Source: a virus
Taxonomy: Duplodnaviria; Caudoviricetes
IMG/VR virus record: IMGVR_UViG_3300044724_000096
Coordinates: 1-29,406 of that record
Reading direction: 5' to 3' (one strand)
DNA: 29,406 nucleotides
The position numbers and the translations under genes are program-made. Numbering within the stretch: the stretch's first letter is position 1; the number at the start of each line of letters is the position of its first letter. The notes beneath the pieces are model-generated. The model was not told where the DNA came from and made no database searches. It saw only the letters and a list, made by a program, of their open reading frames with translations. Shown here one piece after another: positions 15,812 to 25,456 of this stretch.

Positions 15812-17731
15812 ATGGCGCTCTCAAAACTACAGTTTCGACCCGGCGTAAACCGCGAGGTAACGTCGTACACTAATGAAGGAGGCTGGTTCGACATTGATCA
15901 TGTTCGATTCCAAAAAGGCTTTCCGGAAAAGATTGGTGGTTGGCAAAAGAGTTCCAGCAACTCTTTTCTCGGAACATGTCGTGCGCTTCATCCGTGGGTT
16001 TCATTAGACCGAGACAGATACATTGGCGTTGGTACGCACCTCAAGTATTACATAGACGAAGGCGGATTTTACAACGATATAACACCGATTAGGCTGACTA
16101 CAGCAGCAGGGGATGTCACGTTTGCAGCTACCAATGGGTCGTACACAATTACAGTAACGGACGCTTCGCATGGCGCAGTCGTAAACGACTTTGTCACGTT
16201 TTCTGGTGCGGCGTCTTTAGGCGGCAACATCACCGCCGCTGTGTTAAATCAAGAGTATCAGATTACAGAGGTCGTAGATAACAACTCGTATAAGATCGAT
16301 GCTCGCACTGCTGATACTCCCATCTATGACATTACAGTGGACGGGCAACTTGTCCCTTCATACGTTACTGCGAATGGTTCCGACTCAGGCAACGGAGGCG
16401 GCTCGGTAGTCGGCGCGTACCAGATTAACACGGGTCTGGACATCACCGTGGCTGGCGCGGGTTGGGGTGCAGGTACATGGAGCCGTGATACATGGGGCTC
16501 TGCCTCTACAGATCCAATCGTATCAAACACAATTCGTCTTTGGTCGCACGACAACTTTGGTGAAGACTTGTTAATCAACGTGCGCGACGGCGGCATATAC
16601 TATTGGGATCAAACAGGCACCGTGAACACACGAGCCGTGGACATTACTAGCTTGGCGGGAGGACAGAGCGTCCCGACAGTTGCAAAGCAGGTCATGGTTT
16701 CAGATCGAGATAGACACGTTCTTGCTTTTGGTTGTGACACAGAAGCCAACCCCGGAGTGCAGGATCCGTTGGCTATACGGTTCTCGGACCAAGAATCTTT
16801 GACCGACTGGCAGACAACAAGCACGAACACGGCTGGCGAACTGCGACTGGGCTCGGGTTCAGAGATTGTCACTGCCGTAGAAACACGTCAGCAAATCCTA
16901 GTGTTTACGGACACTACTCTGTACGCCATGCAGTTTCTTGGGCCACCGTTTACGTTTGGTGTAACTGCGTTGTCAGAGAACATCACAATTGCTGGTCCCA
17001 ATGCTGCGATTGCGGTGGACGATACTGTGTTTTGGATGGGTCGCTCTGAGTTTTACATTTACTCTGGTGCGGTTCAGCGCTTGCCTTGTACGGTTCGAGA
17101 CTTTGTGTTTAGCGACATTAACGAAGGCGAACTAGAAAAGATCACGGTGGGTTTGAACACCGAGCACTCTGAGCTTTGGTGGTTCTATCCAAGCCTGAAC
17201 AGCGGGGAAGTAGACCGCTATGTGGTGTACAACTACACCGAACAGGTTTGGTATTACGGCTCGTTTGCTCGCACAGCGTGGATAGACCGTGGAATCTTTG
17301 ACTTTCCGTTTGCCGCCAACACAGACGGCTACATCTACGAGCATGAAATTGGCTTTGACGATGGGACCACGGACCCCGTAACTCCTATCGTGGCATACAT
17401 ACAGTCCAGCCCCATGGATATTGGGGACGGAGAGCAGTTTATGCTGCTTCGCAAGATGATACCTGACGTAGACTTCAAGTCTTCGACAGCGATTATACCT
17501 GACGTAAACATAACGTTAGATGTAAAGAACGCCCCTGACGGGACGTACTTGGTTAGCCAGACAGATGCGTTTGTTAAAACCCAGTCCGTTCCTGTGGACT
17601 CTCGAACAGAGCAGCTTTACTTCCGCCTTCGTGGGCGGCAAATGCGGTTCAAGATTCAGTCCAACGATACAGGCGTTACATGGCGGCTAGGATCCCCCCG
17701 GTTGGATCTTAGACCAGATGGGAGGCGCTAA
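15812..17731 (+). CDS. Putative tail nozzle / stabilisation protein (P22 gp10 / tubular B-like)
   Basis: 639 aa, beta-rich. Starts MALSKLQFRPGVNRE, contains IRFSDQE and FWMG, ends RLRGRQ...PDGRR. Lies immediately before the internal protein genes. Confidence 0.72.
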   Translation: MALSKLQFRPGVNREVTSYTNEGGWFDIDHVRFQKGFPEKIGGWQKSSSNSFLGTCRALHPWVSLDRDRYIGVGTHLKYYIDEGGFYNDITPIRLTTAAGDVTFAATNGSYTITVTDASHGAVVNDFVTFSGAASLGGNITAAVLNQEYQITEVVDNNSYKIDARTADTPIYDITVDGQLVPSYVTANGSDSGNGGGSVVGAYQINTGLDITVAGAGWGAGTWSRDTWGSASTDPIVSNTIRLWSHDNFGEDLLINVRDGGIYYWDQTGTVNTRAVDITSLAGGQSVPTVAKQVMVSDRDRHVLAFGCDTEANPGVQDPLAIRFSDQESLTDWQTTSTNTAGELRLGSGSEIVTAVETRQQILVFTDTTLYAMQFLGPPFTFGVTALSENITIAGPNAAIAVDDTVFWMGRSEFYIYSGAVQRLPCTVRDFVFSDINEGELEKITVGLNTEHSELWWFYPSLNSGEVDRYVVYNYTEQVWYYGSFARTAWIDRGIFDFPFAANTDGYIYEHEIGFDDGTTDPVTPIVAYIQSSPMDIGDGEQFMLLRKMIPDVDFKSSTAIIPDVNITLDVKNAPDGTYLVSQTDAFVKTQSVPVDSRTEQLYFRLRGRQMRFKIQSNDTGVTWRLGSPRLDLRPDGRR

Positions 17732-18024
17732 TGTCTCGTCGTCTCTCCCGTCCTTACTTTCCTATTCCCCCCGCAGATTACGAGCAAAGGTATTTTTCAG
17801 AGGTGCTTCGTTCGTTTTCTGTGTTCTTGGAGCAGGTACAAAACCCCGGGGACATTCGAGCGACAGAGATAACAATTACCAATTTGCAAAGTGATGACAG
17901 CGGTCTCCCGCCGGGGGCATTGTTTCAACACGATGGAGTTGTTAGAGTACCACAACCCAACCAGCCATACGTTCGCGGTTCTTCAGGAACAGGTACAGTA
18001 GGCGCAGTAACGGTGACAACATGA
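17731..18024 (+). CDS. Small tail-associated protein
   Basis: TAATG-coupled, 97 aa, begins with a PxPPADY-plus-helix segment. Confidence 0.65.
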   Translation: MSRRLSRPYFPIPPADYEQRYFSEVLRSFSVFLEQVQNPGDIRATEITITNLQSDDSGLPPGALFQHDGVVRVPQPNQPYVRGSSGTGTVGAVTVTT

Positions 18025-18242
18025 CTGTAATTACAATGCCAGACGGCTCCCGCTGGAAACCTTCGACAAGTTCTGATACACTGCATTGTGTAAACTGCGA
18101 GAACATCGTTGACACGCCAGCAGAAATCGCAAGTTACCCAGACGGGAATTGCCCTGACTGCGGAGAAAACTGGACTGGATCGGAAAGACGTAATACAAGT
18201 ATTACAGTGACGGCCCCTGAACCTATATCGGGAGAAGCATAA
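18021..18242 (+). CDS. Small zinc-ribbon protein
   Basis: CVNC and CPDC pairs, coupled to both neighbours (ATGA, TAATG). Confidence 0.65.
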   Translation: MTVITMPDGSRWKPSTSSDTLHCVNCENIVDTPAEIASYPDGNCPDCGENWTGSERRNTSITVTAPEPISGEA

Positions 18243-19081
18243 TGAGTTTATTATCGACCCTTGGTGGACTGGTTGGTCTGGCAGTTGGTGGTCCCGGCGG
18301 GGCCGCTATTGGTGCGGGTATTGGTAGCCTTGCTGGGGGCGGGGATGCAGAGGACGCACTTAAAGCAGGTTTAATGGGCTTTGGTATTGGGTCTATTCCC
18401 GGGATCCAAAACTTTGCAGCGACCGCAGGTTCCGCTTTAGGTTTAGGTGGCGTGGGATCGAACGCGGCGTTGGCAGCAAATGCGCAAGCGCAAGGCGGCG
18501 TCGGCACTCAATTAGGGCAGATGCTTACGGGCGGTGGAGCAGGGGCGAATATGGCACAGACTGCTAAGATGGCAAAGGCCGCGCCCGGAGCCGAAGCAGT
18601 AGCCCAAGGTATAGGCACGGGTGGGATCACAGGTTTGATGAACAACCCGTATGTTATGGCGGCACTACTTACAAGCAGTGAGCAAGCCAACCCGAAGGTT
18701 GTTATGACTGACAAACAACGTGCCCAGATGGAAACAGGGGAGCGGAGCCCCGGCTACGGAGGGGCACGGATCGGCGCTCTGTATGTAGACAGTGCGACAG
18801 GTCAGTATTATAATTCTAAAATGGAAAGAGACGCTGCAATTCGTGCAAGGCAAGAAGGTGAATTTGCCATGGGCGGCATGATCGAGGGCCCCGGCACGGG
18901 AACCAGCGACTCTATCCCCGCTCAGATCTATCAAAACGGCGAGCCTGTGCAAGAAGCGGCGTTGTCGGACGGTGAGTTTGTAATGACCAACGCTGCGGTT
19001 GCGGGAGCAGGCGGCGGGGATCGAGCCAAAGGGGCCGCTAAAATGTATCAAATGATGAAGCAGTTTGAGGAGAGAGCATAA
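18242..19081 (+). CDS. Putative internal virion / DNA ejection protein (glycine-zipper N-terminus)
   Basis: Hydrophobic Gly/Ala zipper LGGLVGLAVGGPGGAAIGAGIG. C-terminal FAMGGMIEGPGTGTSDSIPA...LSDGEFV domain. Confidence 0.7.
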   Translation: MSLLSTLGGLVGLAVGGPGGAAIGAGIGSLAGGGDAEDALKAGLMGFGIGSIPGIQNFAATAGSALGLGGVGSNAALAANAQAQGGVGTQLGQMLTGGGAGANMAQTAKMAKAAPGAEAVAQGIGTGGITGLMNNPYVMAALLTSSEQANPKVVMTDKQRAQMETGERSPGYGGARIGALYVDSATGQYYNSKMERDAAIRARQEGEFAMGGMIEGPGTGTSDSIPAQIYQNGEPVQEAALSDGEFVMTNAAVAGAGGGDRAKGAAKMYQMMKQFEERA

Positions 19082-20232
19082 TGGCTGAAGAAACCTACCT
19101 CCAACAGACGCAGCAACTTCTTCCCGAATATCAAGAAGCGTTTCTCAAAAGTCTTTTGTTCTCGGCCTTCGATCCCTATGGCGGATACGTTACCGACGCG
19201 CAGGGCAACATCCTACGGGAAGCTCGGCAAGGGGACGCTCTGTCAGAGGGAGAATCGTTTGTATCCCAGCCCACAGGTCTCTACACAGATTCTCCTCTGT
19301 CCACGGTCCCCGAACAAACGCTTGCTAAGTTTGGTTATAGAGATCCGCAGACAGGAGAAGTTAGTTACTCTGGTTTCACACCATCACAAACTGCGGCATT
19401 GCAGTTGGGTGTGGGTCAGATCGGCGGCTACCAGCCTATGTTTGATGCGGCGTCTCTGACGTTTGCACAGGGGCTTGGAACCTACGGAGAAGCGGTAGAC
19501 ATGGCACGACTTGGTGGCACCGCGCTTTCTGGCACTGCTGCCGAGTACGACCCTCAGTCATATCAGACATACTACGATCCCTTTGTGGAAGAGGTGATTG
19601 ACGAAACACAACGAGACATCGGAGACCAACAGCGACGTGAGTTGGCTCGGATACGGGCTGGCGCGGTTGGCGCAGGGGCATTCGGTGGATCTCGTGGCGC
19701 GGTTGCTGAACAGGAACTGGCTCGGAACACTGCGCGAGAGCAGGCTCGGGTTGGTGCACAGCTACGGTCCCAAGCCTATGGACAAGCGCAAGCACAAGCA
19801 CAGGGTGCCTTTGAGTCTGCGCAGAAGCGTGGACAGAACGCTGCACAGCTATACGGCAACTTGGGTCAGGGTCTTGGATCCTTGGGTCAGGGCATGTTTG
19901 GCGCAGGTACTACACAGATGGCGGCTGGAGAAGCAGCACAGGCTGCGGGTTCTCGTGATGTAAACGCCCTGTTTAACTTAGGCACCTTGGAGCAGCAGCA
20001 AGCACAGGCGGAACTTGATACGCAACGTGCCGCTGCCTTGGAGAATGCGTATGAGCCGTTTCAAAGATTAAGTGGTTTGTCGGACTTGTTTCAAGGTGTT
20101 CCGTCGTTGTCGTCCACGATGGGTGTTTCTTCTACTCCGAGCAAGAATCCTACGCAGACATTCTTGGGTTACGGAATGGGGCTGTCAGGATTGCAGCAAG
20201 GTGGATATGGCGGAGTCTTAGGAGGTCAATAA
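19081..20232 (+). CDS. Putative DNA transfer / ejection protein
   Basis: Gln/Ala/Gly-rich helical protein of 383 aa with YYDPFVEEVI and AGAFGGSRGAV motifs, typical of podovirus pilot proteins. Confidence 0.7.
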   Translation: MAEETYLQQTQQLLPEYQEAFLKSLLFSAFDPYGGYVTDAQGNILREARQGDALSEGESFVSQPTGLYTDSPLSTVPEQTLAKFGYRDPQTGEVSYSGFTPSQTAALQLGVGQIGGYQPMFDAASLTFAQGLGTYGEAVDMARLGGTALSGTAAEYDPQSYQTYYDPFVEEVIDETQRDIGDQQRRELARIRAGAVGAGAFGGSRGAVAEQELARNTAREQARVGAQLRSQAYGQAQAQAQGAFESAQKRGQNAAQLYGNLGQGLGSLGQGMFGAGTTQMAAGEAAQAAGSRDVNALFNLGTLEQQQAQAELDTQRAAALENAYEPFQRLSGLSDLFQGVPSLSSTMGVSSTPSKNPTQTFLGYGMGLSGLQQGGYGGVLGGQ

Positions 20233-21389
20233 TGAACGTACTTAATCGTCCTTTGTTTCAGAGATATGCACGTCAGCCTATGATGCAGCAACCTATGATG
20301 CAGCAACCCGTAGGGATTATGGCTTCATCACCTGAGTTGATGCAGGCATCCATGGGGTACAATCAGGGTGGCTCTGTTTCAAGGGGGCGTAATAAACTAC
20401 GAGTGCGCCCAACCGTGGACATCACCCAAGATCCTGTTGAGTTTCAAGAGACTGTAACTGAGACCGTTGTTCCAGATGCCGTAGGCGGGTTTACTGAGGA
20501 GGGTTTGGCGCAGGAAGTTGAAAAATATTCTGATCCGTCCCTTAATCCCGATGTTCCGTCCGAGCCCAAGCCAGAAGCATCTGATGCTGATACACTTTCC
20601 CAAGCCGAGCAGCTTGGCGCACAAGCTGTAGACAACGGTGAGCTTAATCCAGACACGGCTCCAGCACCTCTTGCCGCCGCGGTGACTACTCTTAACGACC
20701 CAAACAAAACCCCGACTGAAGAGGCCGACGCTATACTTGCAGGGATGGGTAAAGACGCACCCAAAGGAACTAAGGGAAAGATCGGTGCCATGAAGGATCT
20801 GATCAGAGATACCTTTGGTGTAGACGCGTCGAGGTACGACAACCTAAAAGCCTTGAACCGTGCAGCCGTGGGCTTTGCCATTGCTAAAGGTGACGACATT
20901 GCTGCGGCACTAGAGCGTGGTGCGCGGGGCGCAGCGGCTATTGAAGAGAAGTCTTTGGCTCGTGATGACTCAATGTCCCAGATGGCTTTGCAACAAGTGT
21001 TTGCAGAGAAACTTGCAGGCATGAGGGCATCTCGTTCGGGCGCGACGGGTGGGTCTAACAAGTCTCGTAACCCTATCAATGCATATCAAGATGCTTTGGG
21101 GGATGCCCTACGACAGGCTCAAGATCCCGTAGTCTCAGCGCGTATTCGTAAATCCGGGCAAACTATTGAGGAGTGGGCCGACGGACAAGCTCGTAACGTT
21201 GTAGAACAATCCTATACTCCTGATCAGTTAGTAGGCACTAGGTTTGCACAAACAGGGCGTGTTGACATTACCACGCCGACTGCGACAGGCGGGGAACTCC
21301 CTGTTGTTACAACTCAAGAACAGTACGATGCACTTCCCCCTGACACTGAGTTTATGCAAAACGGTGAAAAACGACGAAAACCAAAGTAA
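20232..21389 (+). CDS. Putative internal virion protein
   Basis: SD GGAGG. Starts MNVLNRPLF, contains a YNQGGSV motif, and ends in a small domain VTTQEQYDALPPDTEF...KRRKP. Confidence 0.68.
   Translation: MNVLNRPLFQRYARQPMMQQPMMQQPVGIMASSPELMQASMGYNQGGSVSRGRNKLRVRPTVDITQDPVEFQETVTETVVPDAVGGFTEEGLAQEVEKYSDPSLNPDVPSEPKPEASDADTLSQAEQLGAQAVDNGELNPDTAPAPLAAAVTTLNDPNKTPTEEADAILAGMGKDAPKGTKGKIGAMKDLIRDTFGVDASRYDNLKALNRAAVGFAIAKGDDIAAALERGARGAAAIEEKSLARDDSMSQMALQQVFAEKLAGMRASRSGATGGSNKSRNPINAYQDALGDALRQAQDPVVSARIRKSGQTIEEWADGQARNVVEQSYTPDQLVGTRFAQTGRVDITTPTATGGELPVVTTQEQYDALPPDTEFMQNGEKRRKPK
20277..20308 (+). repeat. 15-nt tandem repeat (PMMQQ x2)
   Basis: CCTATGATGCAGCAA at 20277-20291 and 20292-20306. 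Confidence 0.85.
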
Positions 21390-21400
21390 CGGAGTCTTAG

Positions 21401-24400
21401 ATGGCGGATGAAAAGCTGTTTGGCGTTGCCGTAGATGAAACTCCAATGTTCGGGGAGCCTGTAGCTACTCCGGGCAATCGCGCTGGGGTAGTGCTTGGAG
21501 AATCTGATTACGACCCTACTGAATACGAAGGCGTAGCCCAAGAGTTTTTCGAGGGCATAGGATCTGGTGCAACGAAAGTTGTACAAGGAGTTGCGGAGCT
21601 TGGTGCTCTGGCCTCGGATGCTCTTGCAGGAACAGACTACCACGACGATGTGGTTCAGGGGTTTGAGAGTTTCAGAGACACCCTTGGACTTGACCCAACG
21701 GGAATTGCAGGGGCTATCGGTGAAGTAGGCGTACAGTTTGTTGTGCCCGGGGGCCTTGCTGCCAAGGGCATCCAAGGGTTAAACGCCGTAGCCAAGGCGG
21801 GGAAAGCGGGTAAGTTTATGGCGGGGCTTGGTGCTGCGGGGGCCGCAGATGCAGTCACTGCCACAAGCGACACTACCACCATCGGTGATTTCTTTGAGGG
21901 CGGACCCACAGAAACAACAGACTTGATTGGTCTGGAGGGCGAAGAGCGAGCACTAGAGGGCCTGATGAACAAGGCCAAGGTTGGACTGGAAGGGGCCGCG
22001 GGTATTGTTGCTGCCCCGTATATTGCTCGTGGTCTTAGCGCTACCGCAGGAGCCGCAGCCACCGCCGCTGGTCAGATACCTATCCTTACGCAAGCGGCTC
22101 GTGGGATTAAGGCTGGCGCAGAAAAGGTCGGGAGCAAAGCCGCGGAGATTGAAGAAGCACGGCGCTTGGGTGCAGACCAAGGTGCGTTTAAGAATGGCGT
22201 AGCAGAAGCGCTGGCTACGTTGCGGTATCGCGGTATCCTACCAGAGTCGGTTGCTGAGTCTCGGTCCTTGATCCCGGGACTGACTGAAGCAGAGGTGCAG
22301 GCTGCGGATAAGTTGACCAACAGGTTGGACAAGCAACTTGATACGTTGATGAAGAAAGCAAACAAAAAACTAGCGAAGGGCAGCAGGTTTGCTAAAGCAG
22401 ACGCATACAACGCCATCGACAAGTACCTGACAATGCCCGACAGAAAAGCCGCGAACGAAATGCTGAAGTTGTTTGATGACGATATCGGCGTTACGTTGAA
22501 GTCCATGCGCAGCCACATGGATGAGTTGAGCGCCAAGATTCTCGACAGTGACTTTCTAAAAAAGAATGACATGGTATCTAAAGATACACAGAAGCTGCTG
22601 TCCGAAACCATTCGAGGAAACCTTGGTTCGTACATGCGCAGGCGGTATCGTATCTTTGAGGACGCCAACTACAAACCCACCGACGAAGCGTTGGAGCAAG
22701 CCGCCGCGGGCTTTAAAGCTGACGCCGTTGCCGTGCAAGATGAACTGGCTAGGGTAGCTCAGAGCGCTCGGGATCCTAGAAGCGCACAAGACTTGGGACT
22801 TAGCGAAGACTTTAAACTACTTGGTCAGGTGACTGACGATCAAGCACGGATTGCCCGAGACAATTTCTTGGAACGCTATAAACGTCAGAGCAACAAGAAA
22901 CCTTTTAAAGGTACAGCCAAGGTAGCCGCCGACAAACTTAGAACAGATCTGTTTATCACACGGTCTAACCTGAAAGATTATCAAAAGGCGTTGCTCGGAG
23001 AAGTAAAGAACCCACTGGAAAACTACGTTGCCACTGTGTCTGACATGGCTGAGTTCAACGCCGTGGATAACTACTTCGGAACCATACGCGCTGCGGCTGA
23101 ATCTGCGCCAGATGGCATAGGTAAACTGTTCCGCAACACCGAAGGCATGTCCCCAGATCAAATTAAGATGATCGAAGAAGAAGGGTTCGTGGTCCTCGGT
23201 TCTGGAAGAGGCAGCAGTAAGGCGGACAAAAGCAAACCCGAAGACATCTTGGAGTCTGGGTGGGGTTCGCTGCATGGGTTTGCTGTTCCCGAACGGGTGT
23301 ATCAGGATCTGACACGCACGGTTGTGGGTGATGTGGGCTGGTTGGGCAACGCTCTTCGCTCCACCTACTCGGGGTTTCTACGGGTCAAAGGTGGGACACA
23401 GTACGGTAAGACCATCTTGTCTCCTATTACACAGATCCGAAATGTAACAACGGCCTCGGCATTTGCCGCAGCGCAAGGCAACGTCGGTAAAGGTGCGAAC
23501 CTATACGAGTCCGTGGGTCTGGTGTTTAACAACCTCAAACGTATGCCTCCTGAAAAAGCGGCGGAAGAGTTTAAGGAATTACAACGGCTTGGCATTGTAA
23601 ACAGTCAAGCGGAACTGCGCGAATTACAGGAACTGGTAGCCAAAGGGTTTGGTTACACTGACGAGAAAACCGTAGAGGGGATCGCTGCCACCCGCAAGTT
23701 TGGGTCCAACCTTACCGACAATCCCATACTTGGGTTCATAAAGAAAAAAGGTAAGGGCGCAGAAAACCTATACCAAGCTGGCGACGACATCTGGAAGGTG
23801 TACAACTACACGTTCGAAAGCAACAAGTTACGCAACGCCTTGGCTAAGATGACGCCAGATGAGCAAGCGCAGTACATTAAAAGAAAAACTGGGAAAAAGA
23901 TGGACACGGATGTGTTCTTGCGGGAAGAAGCCGCCCGTATTGTTCGCAACACAGTGCCGAACTATAACCTTGCACCCGAGGCTATCCGTGCATTGCGCCG
24001 TGCTCCAGTGGGTAACTTCATTGCCTTCCCCTACGAGATCATGCGGACAGGGGTTAACACGATTGCCCGTGGCATCGATGAGTTGGCAGACCCCAACGTA
24101 GAGATACAGAAGATTGGGCTACGTCGTTTAACTGGGGCAATAACCACGTTTGGTACACTTCCAGCAGGGGTATCGTCTCTGGCGTACAAGACATCTGGTG
24201 TGACCAAAGAAGAGATGGACGCGTATCAAGATTCTCTTGCTGCACCGTGGGAGAAGAACGCACGTCTTGTGCCGATTGGTCGGCACGAGGACGGCACACC
24301 AAAGTACATCAACTACAGCTACTCGAACCCATACGACATGCTTGAGCGCACTGCGATTGCAGCCATAAACACCTACGAACGAGGTATGCGGGACGGTAAG

Positions 24401-25456
24401 TCAAGTAGTCAGGTAGTATCGGAGGCGGCATTCTCTTCTTTGGGAGAGCTTATGGCTCCCTTTACACAGGAAGCAATCGCACTGGCAGCGTTTAGGGACG
24501 TGCTCGATCCTGATGCAGAGAACCCTGTGATGAGTGCGCTGGGTCAGTTTGGTCGGGGCGGTAAAACAATTACGGGTGCAAAGATCTACAACCCAGAAGA
24601 CAACGCTGGCGACAAAGTCGCCAAGTCGTTTGCCCATATCGCGGACACACTACTGCCTTCGATTATTCCATTGGATGAGAGTGGCGGGAAGATCGAGCCA
24701 AGTCGTTTTGCTCGTGGGTTTATCAACGGTATGGACTTGAACGAAACACTGGGCATCAGCGAGAAAGACCGCATGGGTCGGGAGCGGGATCTGTCTCAGG
24801 AACTTGCCCGTGCTTTCTCTGGCATCACGGAGTCAGACTCTCAAGCAACTGATTCATTGAAGTACAAAGGTTATGAGTTTGCTCGGGCTCGTCAAGACTC
24901 AGCTAACATATTTAACTCAGTGGCCCGTCGCCAAAACGTAACACGAGACGAGTTAATCAAAGCCTACGACGATGCCAACGAAGCACGGTTCCGGGCCTTC
25001 AGGGACTTCAATAGGGTTATCAAGGCCGTTGAGTCTTTTGGAATGGATGACGGCGACGTACAAAAGGCATTAAAGGAAGCTGGTATTAGCGGCATTAAGG
25101 AGTTGGTCTCAGACATCTACATGCCGTTTAAAGTAAGCAAAGATGTTTTGGGAGACATGGCTCGCAATGGTACACTCGACCAAGTTCCTTTTGACTACAT
25201 TGATGATGTAATGTTACGAGACATCGAACGTTCGTTTGATCAACCCTTACCCACGGTTGAAGAAACGCCAATGTTTGGAGACCCAGTTACGCCCGAGGCA
25301 CCAACAGAAACACCTTTGTTCGGAGTTCCAGTTGAAGAAGGTTCACTCCAAGTTCCAACGGGCCCTGTCCGCACGGCTGCGGTAAGTCCATCGTTGCTGG
25401 GCGACAACCCAATCGATGTCGCCCGGAACATGGAGATTGCTACAGCGTCTCGATAG
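21401..25456 (+). CDS. Large internal virion (ejection) protein
   Basis: 1351 aa, mostly helical, last gene of the structural block. No catalytic motif recognised. Confidence 0.72.
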   Translation: MADEKLFGVAVDETPMFGEPVATPGNRAGVVLGESDYDPTEYEGVAQEFFEGIGSGATKVVQGVAELGALASDALAGTDYHDDVVQGFESFRDTLGLDPTGIAGAIGEVGVQFVVPGGLAAKGIQGLNAVAKAGKAGKFMAGLGAAGAADAVTATSDTTTIGDFFEGGPTETTDLIGLEGEERALEGLMNKAKVGLEGAAGIVAAPYIARGLSATAGAAATAAGQIPILTQAARGIKAGAEKVGSKAAEIEEARRLGADQGAFKNGVAEALATLRYRGILPESVAESRSLIPGLTEAEVQAADKLTNRLDKQLDTLMKKANKKLAKGSRFAKADAYNAIDKYLTMPDRKAANEMLKLFDDDIGVTLKSMRSHMDELSAKILDSDFLKKNDMVSKDTQKLLSETIRGNLGSYMRRRYRIFEDANYKPTDEALEQAAAGFKADAVAVQDELARVAQSARDPRSAQDLGLSEDFKLLGQVTDDQARIARDNFLERYKRQSNKKPFKGTAKVAADKLRTDLFITRSNLKDYQKALLGEVKNPLENYVATVSDMAEFNAVDNYFGTIRAAAESAPDGIGKLFRNTEGMSPDQIKMIEEEGFVVLGSGRGSSKADKSKPEDILESGWGSLHGFAVPERVYQDLTRTVVGDVGWLGNALRSTYSGFLRVKGGTQYGKTILSPITQIRNVTTASAFAAAQGNVGKGANLYESVGLVFNNLKRMPPEKAAEEFKELQRLGIVNSQAELRELQELVAKGFGYTDEKTVEGIAATRKFGSNLTDNPILGFIKKKGKGAENLYQAGDDIWKVYNYTFESNKLRNALAKMTPDEQAQYIKRKTGKKMDTDVFLREEAARIVRNTVPNYNLAPEAIRALRRAPVGNFIAFPYEIMRTGVNTIARGIDELADPNVEIQKIGLRRLTGAITTFGTLPAGVSSLAYKTSGVTKEEMDAYQDSLAAPWEKNARLVPIGRHEDGTPKYINYSYSNPYDMLERTAIAAINTYERGMRDGKSSSQVVSEAAFSSLGELMAPFTQEAIALAAFRDVLDPDAENPVMSALGQFGRGGKTITGAKIYNPEDNAGDKVAKSFAHIADTLLPSIIPLDESGGKIEPSRFARGFINGMDLNETLGISEKDRMGRERDLSQELARAFSGITESDSQATDSLKYKGYEFARARQDSANIFNSVARRQNVTRDELIKAYDDANEARFRAFRDFNRVIKAVESFGMDDGDVQKALKEAGISGIKELVSDIYMPFKVSKDVLGDMARNGTLDQVPFDYIDDVMLRDIERSFDQPLPTVEETPMFGDPVTPEAPTETPLFGVPVEEGSLQVPTGPVRTAAVSPSLLGDNPIDVARNMEIATASR

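Noticed and set aside
20444-22668. Long minus-strand ORFs (211, 153, 135 and 198 aa)
   Set aside because: They lie antisense to coupled structural genes, have Ser/Ala/Pro-rich shadow composition, and show no motifs.
21401-25456. Virion RNA polymerase or lytic transglycosylase in the large protein
   Set aside because: No DxDGD or T7-type RNAP motif and no transglycosylase ES...GLMQ motif was seen.
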